Source: Phyllosticta citribraziliensis (taxonomy: Eukaryota). From it: a stretch of DNA of 64,000 nucleotides. This document shows positions 61,935 to 64,000 of this stretch, piece by piece (the first letter of the stretch is position 1; each line of letters begins with the position of its first letter). The notes beneath the pieces are model-generated. The model saw only the letters and a list, made by a program, of their open reading frames with translations, did no database searches and was not told the DNA's origin. The stretch lies in assembly GCF_038025025.1 (NCBI RefSeq), contig NW_027117340.1, positions 1,240,001 through 1,304,000 on the forward strand. Direction: 5' to 3'. Position numbers and translations under genes: made by a program.

Positions 61935-62909
61935 GTCGCCGGGACGGAATCAGTATCGAGAAACGCGGGGAGAACCATATGTTCGCAATCTCTGCCGTCT
62001 ACTCTTTCACTCGTTTTTTCTGAAAGTTCCCAGGTTGCAGCATGGGCCCAGCCAGTCTAAGCAGCGAAGTAGAGAGAACTATCTATTTCTCCCGCAATGT
62101 CAGCTAGTAGTTCGACAGTTTGGTAACTTGGAAATACCCCTGAAAAGTTAGAAATATTTGACGCAAGTTGCGCGCTGCCTTCAATCCCATCGATACCAAA
62201 TTCGCTGTGCTCTTCGCTTTTGATCTGATGCCTGTCGAGTTGGATACAACCAATCCGCCAGGAGCTTCGAAGAGCAGTGAGTGTAAATCTGTCACCGAAC
62301 CCCGGTCTCCACACAACCAAAGCTGATTCGGACAAACCATGTGAAAGCCTGCAAAGCGTGGTTCCTGGCCCTCCCAACAAAGACCCTTGGTTACGCCGCA
62401 ACCACAACCGAGCCCTGTTGAGATAGCATTTGGGTCACTGAACAGATACCCGTCTTAGCACGTCTCAACCCGACAACAAGACGCAGTCATTCTCTCAGGC
62501 AATTTGGTGCATGACCCCGACGTTTCAAACTGTTGATGCCGAGCCCATAATCACGTGTCAAATTTCATTATACCCTGGTCCAAATACGGAGCGTACCATG
62601 GTATTGTGTTGTCAAAGAATCTTTGGTTGGATTTTGTCTGATCCAAAGATGTATTCGCAAGGCCCACTGTGCTGTATAAAAGATTCCACTCTCCTTGGTC
62701 CCTTCACAGCTGCAACGTTTCACTGCTTAACAGATCATCAGAAAGTGCTTAAAAGCAAAATACTTGATTGCGACAACTGCTTGGATACTCACCGTACGAA
62801 ACATACCCGATTCGGCCAATTCCCTTTCTGAAGAAATTTCAGACTCTGCTTTGGTCCTTCGAAGCAACATTCCCCCGAGGACTCGGCTGCTACCGTCTGC
62901 TTCAAATCA

Positions 62910-64000
62910 ATGGACATTCGACAAATCCTAATGCCAAAGTTAAACAAAAAGCCTGGTCAGGCTCGGGTTGAGCAGTTATCTGGATTTCATCATTTCATAC
63001 TGGAGAAATTCATCGATTATGAACTCGGGCATCTTAGAGCGCGGGGAGACAGTCCATTAACCGCCGCGTCAAATTTTCTTGAAAAAGTCGACAAATACGT
63101 CAAAGAAGTCTCTTCCAAGCTTTTTATGAGCACCAAATCCACACGATACCCCCACAACGTCCACGAGGGGTTCGAATTCGACCAGTTGAAGCCACGGGAA
63201 CAAGTCAAAGAAAACCAGCAAGCCTACGCCAACATCCCTGAAAGATTCGAGTACTACCAGTCCGCGTCTGAGGAGGAACTCGATGGAGAAGAGGAGGACG
63301 ATAGGCTCGAAAACAAGCGTCTCGCGCCCGATGAGAAACCTGAAGAGGGAGGGCAAGCCAGCTTTGACATTCCCAATGGATTCGGAAAGCAGCTCATGAC
63401 CATGGAGAACCTCAAAGATGAGCAAGCCTTCTTTGACGTGCATGATGGGTTTGAAAACGCTCAACTCATGGCCGTGGGAAACTTCGATGAAGAAAAAACC
63501 TGCTTCGACATTTCTGAGGGTTTTGAAAATGACCAGCTCGGGGCCATGGGAAACTTGGAAGAAGCGCAAACCTTCTTTGAATTCCCCGAGGGGTTTGAAA
63601 ACGCTCAACTCATACCTAAAAGGGAGCCTGAAGAAAAGAAGCAGAGTTTTGACGTTGAATCATCGCAATACTGGGGCTCGATCGATTACATTCCCCACGC
63701 AGGGGCGATTTCTCTGGTTCTTAGCCATGTCGACCCACGCGACAGTGTCAACTCGAAAGACTGCGAGGTCAGCACCTCCAGGGGTACATTCAACAAAGTC
63801 TTCATCGTCACGCTCCCTGAAGGTACCAAATACGTCTTGCGTGTTCCCCGGTTCGGTATTTCGGAATCATGGAACTCCGACGAAGAGACCGCTTTTCTCA
63901 CTACGCTAAAGACGATGGAATACGTACGGGCTATGACAAGTCTCCCCATACCGCAAGTCATTGCATACGACCACACCCACGACAATGCGATCAAACATCC
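62910..64000 (+). CDS. APH/choline-kinase-like phosphotransferase with N-terminal tandem repeats (3' truncated by the window)
   Basis: Frame is open from the ATG at 62910 to the window end, so it is missing from the ORF track. Kinase N-lobe RGTFNKVFIV...KYVLRVP...TMEYVRAMTSLPIPQVIAYD...NAIKH is typical of fungal APH-family proteins. Confidence 0.82.
   Translation, partial: MDIRQILMPKLNKKPGQARVEQLSGFHHFILEKFIDYELGHLRARGDSPLTAASNFLEKVDKYVKEVSSKLFMSTKSTRYPHNVHEGFEFDQLKPREQVKENQQAYANIPERFEYYQSASEEELDGEEEDDRLENKRLAPDEKPEEGGQASFDIPNGFGKQLMTMENLKDEQAFFDVHDGFENAQLMAVGNFDEEKTCFDISEGFENDQLGAMGNLEEAQTFFEFPEGFENAQLIPKREPEEKKQSFDVESSQYWGSIDYIPHAGAISLVLSHVDPRDSVNSKDCEVSTSRGTFNKVFIVTLPEGTKYVLRVPRFGISESWNSDEETAFLTTLKTMEYVRAMTSLPIPQVIAYDHTHDNAIKH
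63150..63656 (+). repeat. Coding tandem repeat of about 72 bp (24 aa)
   Basis: Unit starts at 63363, 63432, 63504, 63576 and 63648 (last partial): FDIPNGFG-KQL.., FDVHDGFENAQL.., FDISEGFENDQL.., FEFPEGFENAQL... More degenerate copies lie upstream (NVHEGFEFDQL, NIPERFEYYQ). Confidence 0.85.

Noticed and set aside
63069..63909. ORF-track entries 63069-63608 (-) and 63418-63909 (+)
   Set aside because: They are antisense and alternative-frame shadows of the repeat-containing kinase ORF that starts at 62910.

Overview
Genomic DNA of a filamentous ascomycete (Pezizomycotina; short GT-AG introns with CTRAC/CTAAC branch sites). About 24 protein-coding loci and one tRNA gene are supportable. Left part (1-12 kb), housekeeping genes: the 3' end of a probable UTP11, an HSD17B10-like SDR, a CMC1-type twin-CX9C protein, TAF9, lipin PAH1 and an FN3/coiled-coil protein. 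Middle (12-33 kb): a Ty3/gypsy pol relic, an intron-containing tRNA-Cys(GCA) with an atypical G33, a head-to-head noxD(pro41)/noxA pair, a divergent aminotransferase plus GliC-like P450 pair with no backbone synthase in the window, esdC, sfr1/mei5 and a choline/amino-acid permease. Right part (33-64 kb), sparser and more accessory-like: orphan genes, a tandem array of three diverged F-box-like paralogues, a TM-RING-H2 ligase, a Tyr-type bHLH factor, an HSP20, a TDG/MUG glycosylase, a spliced 8-Cys secreted protein absent from the ORF track, and an APH-like kinase with N-terminal 24-aa repeats running off the window end. All calls come from manual reading and recalled motifs; no searches were run, and splice sites are inferred from consensus.
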